From Eledone cirrhosa (Eukaryota), in the NCBI GenBank assembly GCA_964016885.1, contig OZ024743.1, positions 334,056,001 to 334,120,000 on the forward strand: a stretch of 64,000 bases of DNA. The letters are read 5' to 3'. Below, in pieces: positions 1 through 12,014 of the stretch. The notes below the pieces were generated by a model. It saw nothing but the letters and a program-made list of their open reading frames with translations, was not told the DNA's origin and ran no database searches. Positions within the stretch are counted from its first letter, which is position 1. Every line of letters starts with the position of its first letter. Position numbers and translations under genes: made by a program.

Positions 1-360
1 CAGATAAAAGACACAGCACCTGCACCATCAACAGCAACAGTCACTAAAACGCAATTACATAGAAATCCTATCGTTTTCTCCGTTTTTGGGAATGCACTGG
101 CAAAACCATTTGCTAGTTGAAAATTGAAAAAAACAAAGCTGGTTTCGTTATGTTTTGTTACTAATATTATCTAACTGATAATATAGTAGGTCGACTTGAC
201 ATATGGTAGATCTTACTGCTGTGGTTTTGTGGTTTCGTTTATTTTTTTGACCATCATCACGCAGTACAGTTTTCTTCTTTTTTTATACTTTCAAATTAAC
301 TTTTCTATTATTCAAACATTGTCAATCTGAATAACATAGTTATATATATATATATATATA

Positions 361-522
361 GTAATAATAATAAATTTGAAGACTAAAATCCAAAGAGGGC
401 TCGATAAGGATAAATATATATCAACTATATAAGAACCGTAGAGCAAAGAGTTTCAGATGACCCCGTTAAGGGTGAAAGCACCGATTCTTTGCTTAAACTT
501 TAATCTGTTATTTTAATAAATA
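361..522. mobile_element. Short Penelope pLTR fragment with internal inversion, same family as the element at 27479-31009
   Basis: 361-446 matches 30653-30738 directly; 449-522 is the reverse complement of 30739-30812; flanked by (TA)n on both sides. Confidence 0.85.
449..499 (+). ncRNA. Type I hammerhead ribozyme motif, U4>A core variant
   Basis: AGTTT-CAGATGA-CCCCGTTAAGGGT-GAAA-GCA..TGC-T-T-AAACT; stems I (AGUUU/AAACU), II and III pair by inspection. Confidence 0.65.
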
Positions 523-523
523 A

Positions 524-632
<109 letters not shown>

Positions 633-1137
633 GAGAAAAGGGGAAGTTGGAAATAGCACGGACAATATATTTTAGGGTCTGTTTTTCTTTTTTTGCCTTT
701 CTTTGATTCGTCAAAGTGACATTATTGAAAAGATGACATTATTGAAAAAATGAGAGGGACAATTCTTTAAAAAAAAAGTTTTATAACGTATATAAAGTAT
801 ATAAAGTATATAAAGTATTACTGATTTCGATGTTTTATTAAAATTCATCTTATCAAATGTTGAATATTACAATTAAAAAGAATTAATAAGAATTAAAAAC
901 TAAAAATTAATGATTTAAAATTAAGTGTTGGAGTATGTTTTTTCCATCTTCCTTGTTCAGAAGGGGACTGGAAAATGAGTTCTTGTGTATAGAGAGAGGG
1001 TTGTGTAGTCATGATAGCAGCAGCACTGTTCGTAGTCGTGTTTCTTCACAGAACAAAATTGCTTTTTGGGGGCAAAGGAAATATTCTGTAAATATGTGTG
1101 TGTATATCTGATTGTGTTAATTGACTGGTCCAGAGTT

Positions 1138-2027
1138 CAGATGGGAAAATAGAAACAGACATATTTTATAAACCCACGGACTCCAAACAGTACCTTCTCT
1201 TCACATTAAATCACCCAAAACATACAAAACTTAACATTCCTTTTAATTTAACCAAACGCATATGCACCATAGTATCATACCCAGCTAAACGGGAACAAAG
1301 ACTAAATGAACTAAAAAAACACACTTACCTTAAGAGCCTTCCCACTTGACATAATTAATAATGGAATAGACAAAGCAAAACACGCAAAGTTTAATCAACC
1401 CAACAATTCAAAGCACAGAACCACGAACAATATCTTACCATATATATCCACGTTCAACCTCCAAAACACCAAAATGTTCGACCTTCTACACAAAAACCTC
1501 CCCACCCTATTTAAAGATGAAAAAAGGAAAAAAAATCCTATAAATACACGAGATCATTAAAAGTAAAATGCAACCCAAATCACTAAAACACATTCTCACT
1601 GGAACAAATATACACAAACCAATCTCCAATCATACGGTAACAAAATACGGAAGAAGAAACTGTGGTACCTGCCAATATTTAATTGAAGGACAAAAATTCA
1701 CGTTTAAAGATGGCCAAACTTTCTCAGTGAAAAACAACTTTACTTGCAACTCGTTGAACCTGATCTACGTAATCACATTCGGTGGCTGTCAACATTCCTA
1801 TATAGGACAGACGGGTGTGTCATTGCGCAAAATAATGACCATCCATCGCCAACAAATCCGAGACGTAAACACAAGAAAAATCCCCTTAAGTAGCCACACT
1901 GCAGATTGTGCAGGAATGGCTCTACCCAACTTTAAAATTTTCCCCCTTTACAAGTGCTCCAATTCTTTTACTCAACAACAAAGAATAAATAAAGAAAAAC
2001 TATTTATTATCAAATTTAAACCAAAAT

Positions 2028-2031
<4 letters not shown>
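1138..2031 (+). pseudogene. Neptune-like Penelope retroelement, 5'-truncated: RT thumb plus GIY-YIG endonuclease
   Basis: Translates to FYKPTDSKQYL..HPKH, CGTC, TCNSLNLIYVI..CQHSYIGQT..HRQ; frameshifted upstream of ORF 1568; ends in (TA)n. Confidence 0.85.
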
Positions 2032-2108
<77 letters not shown>

Positions 2109-2239
2109 GGAAAGTTATATTTAAATTGTTGGGTTAACAACGAGTAAATATTTATAACTGATATAAAAGCACTCAACAAGTATTTGGAGTATATTTATGA
2201 TATTAAATAAATGGAAACTATATTTATAAAACCATATTT

Positions 2240-2303
2240 ATTTCGTTATATATATTTCAGGGATATCATATTAACAATATGTTATGCCTTCTTCAGACAA
2301 AAT
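2240..2303 (-). ncRNA. Minimal type I hammerhead ribozyme in pLTR
   Basis: Reverse complement reads ATTTTGT-CTGAAGA-stem II-GAAA-TATATA-T-A-ACGAAAT; palindromic stem III. Confidence 0.8.
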
Positions 2304-3651
2304 ACAATATAAACAGTCTTATAAATAAATAAATAGATACGACATACCTTTCAATCACCTTGCATTTGGGAGGTTGATTTGGCAGTAAAAAATATTGTGG
2401 ACAGTTGTAAAAAGAAAGAGATAAAGAGAGAAAGAAAGAGAAACGAAGAAAAAGAAGAAATGCATGTGACTAAATAGAGAGATATAGAAAGATAGATAAA
2501 GAGAAGAACTTCATGTAAAGAAACAGAGAGAAATATATATAGAGAGAGGAAAAAAGAAAGAGATAGATAGAGATAGATAGAGAAACTAGGAACTTGAGTA
2601 TCGGTTGATACATTTATTTATTTATTTATTTATTTATTTAGCTCTAGTATTAATGTAAAGAGAGATGTATGTAGTTAAGAGAGAAAATAGCCGTTATATA
2701 GAGAGAAAAAAAAAGAAAAAAAAAAAGAAAGAGAAAATGAAAAAGAGAAAATGAAACATAACCAGACATAAACGATGCAGAATTTAAAACCGCTATGTTT
2801 TATCCCGTAGAAAATATTAGTTCGTATAAAACAGGCATTATAATGTAAATACCAGTATTCATGAATGAGACATGTATCTATAATGTGTGAAAAGTAATGA
2901 TCTTATGTCTAGTTTTTAAAAATTCATATGTTTATATCATAATTATAAACAAACTCCCAATTCACACGAAAACATTCTCATTGTGCTATAAAAATTCAAG
3001 TATACATATATGTGTGTATATATACACATATATATAGAGTCTATATTAATTTTAACAATACTATTCTTGTCTTTATTCTACATGATTGTCGATCAAGCAG
3101 AAATAGAGAACAGATTTCAATATATTAATAAAAATAAAAATAAAAATAAAAATAAAAATAAAAATAAAAATAAAAATAAAAATATCGGAGACAAGAAAAT
3201 AAATAAATAAACAGAAAACTAAAACATTTAATATTAAAAATAAAAAATATTACAAAATATTAAAAAATATTAAAAAATATTAAAAAATATTAAAAAATAA
3301 TATAAATAAAACACAGAGATCAGCCTTTCAAAGTTAATTGACAATATATTGCCAAGATCATCATAAGCATCAGAGTCGAAACAGATAAAACAAAAATTGT
3401 TTACCAAATCCTGTCTAGCAGAAATCATTCCAAAAGTTTAGGATACCCATTTGGTCTACATATGTTCTTATATTTAATATAGAAGTTTATCTAGTTTAAA
3501 ATTTAATTCGATATATTTGGAGCATCAGCTTTTAGGGTAGTTTAATTATTCATGAAGAATGTTTTAATAAAAAGAATGTTTTAATAAAAAGAAGAAATCG
3601 AAAGATTTATCGGCTAGTTTCATAAATAATTACAAATCAAATCAAACATAA

Positions 3652-5866
3652 CTACATTTTAAATTTAAATTTATATTTAAACGTTGAGTTCAATCTATGT
3701 CTGCAGCAACTGAATAAATTTGTCCGTAGATTAAGGGAATTTTTAGATTTTAGTATAAAGAATATCTCCTCCGCACAGAGGTCACATGTCTCAGAGGATG
3801 AATTAAAAGGAATCCCCCTTGAAACTATATTCCAAGTCGTCGAATATCTAACGTTATCATGCCTAAGTTGCCAGAGTACGCCTGATAGTGCTGTTGAAGA
3901 TTTTTTGGATGGATCTGTGAAAGAATTCTTGTGGTTGTTATAGCGAAGTTTAAATTCTGTCGATGTAGAACCAACGTAGTTAAAAGAATTAACGTCCGTT
4001 TTAACATTACAGTTGTATATTATATTTTTAACTAAGCAGTTGTTATTTAACGGACATTTAGATCTATCTCTACAGTTACATTTGTTAACTTGGATATTAT
4101 TTATGCTATTATCGCTAGGTTTTAAGTTCCTGTTATTTATTCTATTAATATTTTGCGCTAAAGTTTTGGTGGATGAGTAGGTTAGTTTTATAGTATGTCT
4201 ATTGAAAATTGAGTGATACCTATGTGTTCTAGGGAAGCGATTATCGAGAGCTTTAAAAAATAGTTTAGCAATGTGGGTTTTAATGTTTAGTGAGAAAGGG
4301 GGGGGCAAACCATATTATATTCCTAGTTCTATTTCTTTTATGGCTTTTGGAATTATTGTAATGCTTTCTATTATAGTTGTTAAGGTTGTGGCCATAATTA
4401 AAATAGTTGTTATTTTGTTTAATTTGTTTATCATTATCTATGTACATAATTTTATCACTATATCCTGCTCTAGCTAACGCTTCATTGTAATAATGGGCTT
4501 TTTCGTCGAAAATCTTTTTATTAGATGAGATTCTAGAGATACGTGATTGAACAGAGTTTACTATAGTATTTTTAACAGATTTGGGGTGGTTAGAGTTAAA
4601 GCTGACATAGTTTAAGTTTTCATTCAACTTGTGAAATGGATAGTGAAGACATGTGTTGAGATTTAATGTTATATCTAGGAAGTTGACTATTCTATGGTTA
4701 TTCTCAATTTCTATTTTTAGATTAAAGTGATTAAAAAATTGTGTAATTTGTTTTCTTTTTCTATTTAGTTCAGAGTTATTATTATCAATAAGTAAAAGCA
4801 TGTCATCTTTATATAAACCTCCGGTAGTACCAGGTATTTTCCTATGCAGCGAATTGATTAAAAATAAGCCCACAAGGTCAGTTACCTGAGCTGAGTCGGA
4901 TGATCCCATAGTAATGTCAAAATTGTTATCTCTATCTGCTCGGGTCCATAGTTGGTCATTAAATTCTATCAATGTTTTCCTAGCCGATAATATAATGTGC
5001 ATTTCATTGCTAGTTAGGTCTGTATGTTTGAATGCGTAATTTAGTGCCTTATTTAGTAGATTAGGGGTAATGGAAGAATAATAGTTAGCAATATCAAGTT
5101 GAATAAACTTATTATTATTGTTATATTTAATTTGCTTAAACCACTCAACAACCTCACCAGTTCCCTTCCACAAGCTCAGGTTAGGTAAACAACTCAAGTT
5201 TTTAATTTGCTGTATCACCCTGTCAAGAATGTTTTTGCTTAGTTTACCCAGGTCCGATTTTGATGGTGCAATCAATCTGACTGGCAAGTCATTCTCGAAA
5301 TTTCTCTTATGATCTTTCATATTGATCTTCGGTTTCCTGGGCACGAAAGGTTGTGTTCTGTTCTCGATTTCCAACTCGTGCATTATACAAGATGCCTCAA
5401 CATTCATTTTCTCTAGCTCGGCCTTATCTGCTACCTTGTACTTTTTCCTCAGTTCTTTTAGTATGAGGCCGTTATACATGTCTTTCTGCACTCCATAGAG
5501 GTTGTTGGTCTTGTCAGATTTTACCAAGATCTTCTCAGTTTTCTCCAAGTTCTCAATATTATCCCTAATGCCTTTCAGATATTCCTGGCCTTTGAAGTTT
5601 CTCTTAAATTTGACTCCTTGTATGATAGAAATTATATCGTTTTCAAAGTCAGATAAAAGTTTGTTGGGGGGTGGATTTCTTTTGGATTTGAAAACTTTGT
5701 TTAAGTCCGAGACATTTTCATTTATATTAGATTTATCAAAGTGGAATGCTCGCCACCTGATTCTCCTTATAAAAGAGTCAGATTTATCTATTAATTGTTT
5801 TATAAAGTCTTTGTTTCTAGGTAGAGGTATGTCTTTTAAAGAGGAAGTAATCTTAAAGAATTCCAT
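3652..5866 (-). pseudogene. Penelope (Naiad-type) RT-GIY-YIG polyprotein, one frameshift
   Basis: ORFs 4280-5866 (KSDKTNNLY, IQLDIANYY, ITMGSSDSAQ, GLYKDD) and 3652-4308 (CNC..CP..C, IIY..YVG, CDLC, CRH) join across a homopolymer run near 4300. Confidence 0.9.
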
Positions 5867-6050
5867 TTTTTCAGTTATAATATAAAGCGCTCAACAGTAT
5901 TGGAGCAAGATACATGGAAAGTTATATTTAAATTGTTGGGTTAACAACGAGTAAATATTTATAACTGATATAAAAGCACTCAACAAGTATTTGGAGTATA
6001 TTTATGATATTAAATAAATGGAAACTATATTTATATATATATATATATAT

Positions 6051-6513
6051 AGGTTAAATTTCTTTAAGTCGTTTGGAAGCCTCGACAATGCAGATGGGTA
6101 AATCTCCGGGTAACAAGATCCGGTGGTGGAGAGAGAGATGTAAGTGGGTGTACGTTGAGATGCGTGGTGCGTATAACACTGTAGCGTGTAGAGGAATGAA
6201 GGAAAGAGCGTAAAGGATAAAAACCCGGAAAAAACCCCCAGTTGATGGATGTGAATCCGAAATATATAGGGACAATTAAATCTATCTCGTGTTGTTATTT
6301 TTATTTTTATCATTTACGCTCTTTCCTTCATTCCTCTACACGTTGCAGTCTTATACACGCCACGCATTTCAACGTACACCCACTTACATCTCTCTCTCCA
6401 CCACCGGATCTTGTTACCCAGAGATTTACCCATCTGCATTGTCGAGGCTTCCAAACGACTTAAAGAAATTTACCTTATTATTCCAAAATGCTTGAAGCAA
6501 ACTTCAATACTCT

Positions 6514-6516
<3 letters not shown>
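6051..6516. mobile_element. Non-coding inverted-repeat cassette (pLTR-like) in (TA)n
   Basis: Arms ~6051-6222 and ~6303-6476 are reverse complements; extra ~40 nt tail on the right; degenerate HHR (CCC-CAGTTGA-TGGATGTGAATCC-GAAA-TATA-TA-GGG) at 6236-6271 in the spacer. Confidence 0.75.
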
Positions 6517-6577
<61 letters not shown>

Positions 6578-6580
<3 letters not shown>

Positions 6581-6850
6581 ATAAGGGTTGACGGACCCAG
6601 CATATTTATCAATGCCTGTACCGGTTGTATCTCAGCGCACTCAATGGGCAATGTAAGATACATTACGAGAGTATAAACATAGTTATTTGCCTCAACACAA
6701 CACACGTAAAACGGGTGCCTATAAGGTTCCCGCACTCGAGTTTTTGCCGCACTAATGCAGCAGTAAGGTGCACTGCACCATCTGTCTGCATATTATGCAA
6801 CAATGCACAATCGGCTTATGCGGCTTCATCAGCGGGTAACGCCTAATCAA
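6578..6850 (-). mobile_element. Solo pLTR-like cassette with degenerate long-stem-II HHR (6727-6838)
   Basis: Reverse complement reads CCCG-CTGATGA-~80 nt closed by GCCGCA/TGCGGC-AAAA-CTCGAG-T-G-CGGG, followed by CTC..TTGAGTGC; (TA)n flanks. Confidence 0.6.
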
Positions 6851-6875
6851 TATATATATATATATATATTCACAC

Positions 6876-6970
<95 letters not shown>

Positions 6971-6975
6971 TACAC

Positions 6976-7007
<32 letters not shown>

Positions 7008-7009
<2 letters not shown>

Positions 7010-7460
7010 TTATAACTGATTCGAAGCACTCGACAAATTTTTGTGGAGTATAATATCAATGATATTAATAAATGGAAACTATATTTATAAAACCATATTT
7101 ATTCTATTATATATATTTCAAGTGTACCAAAACTTTGGTACGCTCTCATCAGATAAAATACAAAGTTTGTTTTATAAATATTTACCTATCCAGGTAAAAC
7201 TTGAACCGTTAAGGTCTCGTTCCTGTATATGTCAGTATTTATAAAACAAACTTTGTATTTTATCTGATGAGAGCGTACCAAAGTTTTGGTACCCTTGAAA
7301 TATGTATAATAGAATAAATATGGTTTTATAAATATAGTTTCCATTTATTATTATTAATATCATTGATATTATACTCCACAAAAACTTGTCGAGTGCTTCG
7401 AATCAGTTATAAATATATATATTTGTTGAATTACCAACAATTTAAATATCCCTTTGCTTT

Positions 7461-7461
<1 letters not shown>
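7008..7461. mobile_element. Inverted pLTR pair with one HHR per strand (7101-7159 minus, 7257-7315 plus)
   Basis: Arms ~7008-7180 and ~7236-7415; canonical ATTTTAT-CTGATGA-stem II-GAAA-TATRTA-T-A-ATAGAAT; related to the pLTR at 2103-2300. Confidence 0.88.
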
Positions 7462-7521
<60 letters not shown>

Positions 7522-8429
7522 CGGCTGGATTGGTTGGAACGGCTGACGTGATTTCTCTCTCCTTTGTTAAATCCAAATTTAAATCCGTTAAATACCGAAA
7601 TTTATTTTAAGCTTTTCTTCTACTTTAATTCATATTCCCCGTAAAAGATAAGTAACTACTTTACTGTGTGGTTATTTTTTCATATTTTTCGTTTTAAAAG
7701 AGTTATTTTCGGTTTCTTTGATATTTTTATTTCTCTGTTTTTCAATGAGGCACGTATTGTCTCTCGTAAAAGAATATAGAAATCTAGTAAAGTAATTTAG
7801 TGAGTATATTTGTTATATGTCTATTGTTTCTCGTTTTTACTTATTGATATAATAATAATTATTATTAAATATACAATATATCTATATTATCCGATATTTT
7901 AAATTAAAAGTATATATTGTAAACAGACTGACGAGCTTGATGCCTAATCATAGACTCACAGTAGTGTCGTTAAAATCATATTTTATCTATTTATTTGAAC
8001 CCACGCGATTCTGTTATATTTTATGTCATTTTATGTTATTTTGTCTCATTTTATATTTATAGTGCTATTTATTTCATTTTGTTTTTGCTTATTTATATTT
8101 ATTTTTCTCGTGAACACGTGTTTTTCGAGGTGTCTCGAATAATATTTAAAGAAGTATACTAATATTTATAATTAACGTTTGTTTGTTTAAATCGCTAGGC
8201 ATAACCCTCTCTCTCTCTGTTGCTTGTTTTCTTTCACGCTCTCTCTCGCTTTAAGCTTGTCCCTACTCTCTCTCCCTTTCCTTCTCAATCGCTTCTTGAA
8301 TTTCTCACGGGATTTCTCTCTCTCTCTGACTTTAACCTTCGCCCCACCCTTACCGCGCTCTTTCTTCCCCTCTCTCTATCTCGCTTTAACCTTCTCTCTA
8401 CCCTTCTCGCTCTCTCTCTTTCCTCTCTA

Positions 8430-9390
8430 CAGCGAAATTGACTGCATGCAAGGAGGAAATGCAAAAAGAAGCCAACGAAATTGACAAAGATAGAACTGGA
8501 GGTGATGGGTAAAGGGTGGAGCCTGGCTGAAGGGTCGCCTCCAACCAAAATAATTGCAAAGACCTTGAAGAGCCATGGCTTTCCAAGGACTTTGGTGCAA
8601 ATAGAGAGGAAAAGGAGAGAAATTGAGATGGCCTATGTCCTCATAGCGCCACAAATATCCTTTATAAGTTGTGTCCTCAAGGAGGAAGAAGACAGAGAAA
8701 AAGAAAAGGAAGAAAATATAAACACTGACCACAAAGTGTCTACGGTGACACAGAAGGACCTGAAAACAACCGCAAATGAGATACCCGCCGCCACAGTCAA
8801 CGAAGGCAGGCCGGGCGAACAACAAGTAGGCGGTAAAGGTGAAACGAGAATTCACCAGCCGAAGGAAAGCATCCAAACAGAAAAGGAGCAGTGGACAACT
8901 GTCCAAAGGAAGAACAGAAGGCGCCGAGATACTGGCAAAAGAAAACCCAGGTAATATACAATTTCTTCAGGAACGAAACCTGCTGGCATGGAGAAACAGA
9001 GACAAGTGGGATGCGCCAGGGCACAGTCCTGGGACCACTACTGTTTTTGATGGCTCTCTCAGACATGCTCTCTGTAGTACATACAACAGACCATGTTGAT
9101 ACTATGGAGGACATTTGTGCTAAGCCGCCGGGACTACTGCTGCCAGCTGTGCTTACCCCATAGTATCAAACTAACCACGGAGCTTGATGCAATCCAATGA
9201 AGCTACACCAAGAGGATTGCCACGATGAAGGAGATGAGCTACTGGGAGAGGCTAAAAGAACTGAAACTCTGCTCCTTGGATCGAAGACGGGAGAGATACG
9301 CAGTGATATACACATGGAAAATCCTGGAGGGACTATCACCAAACTTTGGCATTGAGAGCTGGACCAACAGGACGTCACTGTGTGGTGCCA
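8430..9390 (+). pseudogene. Internally deleted CR1/L2-like LINE remnant (ORF1-like piece plus RT and C-terminal pieces)
   Basis: SGMRQGTVLGPLLF (~9005-9050) and MSYWERLKELKLCSLDRRRERYAVIY (9225-9320); upstream charged ORF with WTTVQRK may be ORF1 (weak). Confidence 0.65.
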
Positions 9391-9436
9391 AAGGTCCCGT
9401 GTCTTTGATATATAAACAAAATAAAATATATAAGTG

Positions 9437-9740
9437 CATGGTGTCTCAAAAGTTACTACCTACGAGGTACACTCAAGAGGTTTTGAGACTTTTATCAGAG
9501 ACATTTATTTAATTTAGATTGCCACAAAACTCTAGTCTACATCAAAGTAGGATCATTCAACTTCAATGCACTTGTTGTATTACTCCAGCCACTTTTGGAA
9601 GGCCCCCCCTTGTAGTCCTACAAAGTGAAGGTGTCCAGGGCGCTTGTCATAACACCCTTCATCTCCTCCACATTCCCAAAGCGTATTTTGGTATACTTAT
9701 TGCTATTCAAAATAAATAGTGACTTTGAGACACCATTTCT
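9437..9740 (-). mobile_element. Mariner transposase 3' remnant lying between short Tc1-like inverted repeats
   Basis: Minus strand RFGNVEEMKGVMTSAL..AFQKWLE*YNKCIEV..YF; TIR-like TACGAGG..TTTTGAGACTTT at 9461; inverted TGGTGTCTCAAA(A)GTYAC at ~9439 and ~9720. Confidence 0.6.
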
Positions 9741-9974
9741 TCTACTGTGAAAAAAATTATAATCATGGGCTATATGGAATGGATCTTCACCGGTTTCCAC
9801 GATGAATATTTCAGTTGTTCAATCAAGGGGACAACCTACTCATAAATTAATGAGACAATCATTGAGTATTCCACAGACACGTGTACCCTTAACGTAACTC
9901 TTAATTCTCAGTAGGTATTAATGTGATACAGTGTGAGACAAGGTTGGTCCTTTGAATTGCACATACAGTCAGTC

Positions 9975-10117
9975 CGATGGGCTTCCAAACAGTTTCCGTC
10001 TACCAAATTTCCCGAGGCTATGGTAAAAAAAAAAACACTTGCCTAAGATGTCACACAGTGAGATCGAACCCGTGACCTAATGAATGCGTAGCAAACTCTT
10101 CAACCATTCTGCCATAC
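9975..10117 (-). mobile_element. tRNA-derived SINE (degenerate)
   Basis: Minus strand TGGCAGAATGGTTGA (A box) and GGGTTCGATCTC (B box) followed by CTTAGGCAAGTGT core. Confidence 0.65.
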
Positions 10118-10770
10118 TGCCCCACCATCGTTTGCATGTTAATAAATAAATTCTGTGAAAACATTAAAATCCTTCTATAATATTGATGTAATTGGAGTAA
10201 AATATTTCTGACATCCTCTTTACTGTATTACATTGAATAGCTTTTTCTGAAATATTACATATTTCTATGTTTCGTTTGACATCGTCATTCACTATTTATT
10301 GCTTTTCAATAAATTCCTTCTCGAATATGTAGGAATTCTAATAACTATATTTTGTTATATTAAATTAATCATTTTCTATACGGATCTACTCTCTAGAAAT
10401 TCTAGTAACTATTCGTATATTATACTAAATTGACTATTCACCACAGAGACAAACAGTGCTCTCTGGAAATACCAATGATTATATTGTACTAAAGAAACTA
10501 ACTTGTCAGTCTGTCAATCCCCCAAAATAGTTAATTTTAGTCACCTTTGTTCTGTTGTAATCTTTTATCGTAACTTTCTATTTTCGAATCTTTCTTTTTC
10601 AGTTCATGATTTTTTGTGCTTTGTTTCCAATCTAAACTGTTTCCATAACAGAAAGAATAAGAATGCGATTTTGTCCGAGCCACACTTTAATTCACCAAGG
10701 GATAATACATGGTTGATATTCAGAATTACAAAACCTCTTTCGATTCTGTCCATTCCAATAACATGCAAAT

Positions 10771-10920
10771 AGGCGCGAATTAGCAGAGTCGTTATGGCAT
10801 GGGATTAAAAGTGCCTCGCGATTTGTTCCAACTTACTGTGCTCTGAGTTCAAATCCCACCGAGATAAATATGGTTTTCAATCCTTTGAGGTCGATAAATA
10901 AAGTACCTCCACTACTAGAG
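10771..10920 (+). mobile_element. tRNA-derived SINE, GAGTTCAAATCCC family
   Basis: GAGTTCAAATCCCACCGAG..GGTCGATAAATAAAGTACC, shared with copies at 14.9 kb and 50-55 kb. Confidence 0.7.
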
Positions 10921-11569
10921 CAGATTCTCTTTACCTAAAGGAAATCAGCTGTGTTCCAGCCTGGTGAGCGATGGGTTCCGCCAGATTTTAAAATGCTAAA
11001 ATCACACGGTGTACCTATGATTCCACAGGGAGTTTAGGGCCATTTAATTTATCTTCTACAAATATACATACCCACAAACTGCACACGTGCTCACAATTAG
11101 ACAAATAGACACAAAAATGCTCACACATTTCTATATCCACATTCATACAAACACAGACAAATGCATCCCCCAACGAAATCATGTACAGACATTCCAGTAA
11201 AGTTACACACAAATATACACTCACACACACGTACTAACACTTAAATACACACGAGAAGGTATACACACACACACACTGATGCACGCACACACATACACAC
11301 TTATACATTAAGAATAACAACGAGGTTTCACATGAATGATTTTATTTTCTACTATGTATGTATCTATCTATCTATCTATATATGCAAAAGGTAAACAGAA
11401 ATAACAACACAATCGGCACAGTATATGGAAGGAATATATTAGTATATATATATTATATTAGTATATATATATTTATTATATATATATCTATATATATAAT
11501 ATTAAGGATACTATTTATAGTTATGTATATTTTAAACTTTTTACAGTTATGTATATTTGAAACTATTAA

Positions 11570-11800
11570 CAGTGAAGGTCAGTAATTTATTACTACCTTA
11601 TTCCCAGTAAGATAAATAGCTCAATGTAATAACATCAGTTGTTCTACAGAGCAGTTATATAGAATTCACAAGAATCAAAGCTATGTTCAAAGCATTTATT
11701 CACTTACAATTGTTTCATCCAAACCTAGGCTTGGCGTCTTCGGAGCATTTTTCAATGCTTGTACATATAATTGACCTCCTATCCAACGCAAGAGACATAC
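11570..11800 (-). mobile_element. Solo pLTR-like cassette with HHR (11701-11747, U4>C)
   Basis: Reverse complement reads TGCT-CCGAAGA-CGCCAAGCCTAGGTTTGGAT-GAAA-CAATTG-T-A-AGTG, then GCTC..TTGAGC motif. Confidence 0.65.
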
Positions 11801-12014
11801 AGATACATATATATATATATATATATATATTGATGTACAGTGGAGTGACATATATTATACTATACTATATTTGTACAGCAATTCAAATTTAAAATCAAAA
11901 TCAAAATTAAAATTAAAATTAAAATACATGCGGCAGATAACACAGATAATGTAAGAGGATAGTTTGATAATCAGATCTAGTAGATAGTGTAGTAGATAGT
12001 GTATGCGTTAGTCA

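Larger units (their letters stand above)
2103..6034 (-). mobile_element. Near full-length Naiad-type Penelope-like element with terminal direct repeats
   Basis: ~125 bp direct repeat at 2103-2227 and 5910-6034; RT plus GIY-YIG ORF; HHR in the 3' pLTR; (TA)n flanks. Confidence 0.9.

Noticed and set aside
3652-5866. Selenocysteine recoding in the four Naiad-type ORFs
   Set aside because: No TGA seen at conserved Cys positions; the breaks are frameshifts, TAA/TAG, or TGA at Trp or linker positions.
4280-5866. Telomerase RT or bacterial retron/group II intron RT
   Set aside because: The C-terminal GIY-YIG domain, pLTRs and HHRs identify Penelope-like elements.
7922-7980. CTGACGA as an HHR core (also ~27095)
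   Set aside because: No properly placed GAAA or stems I and III.
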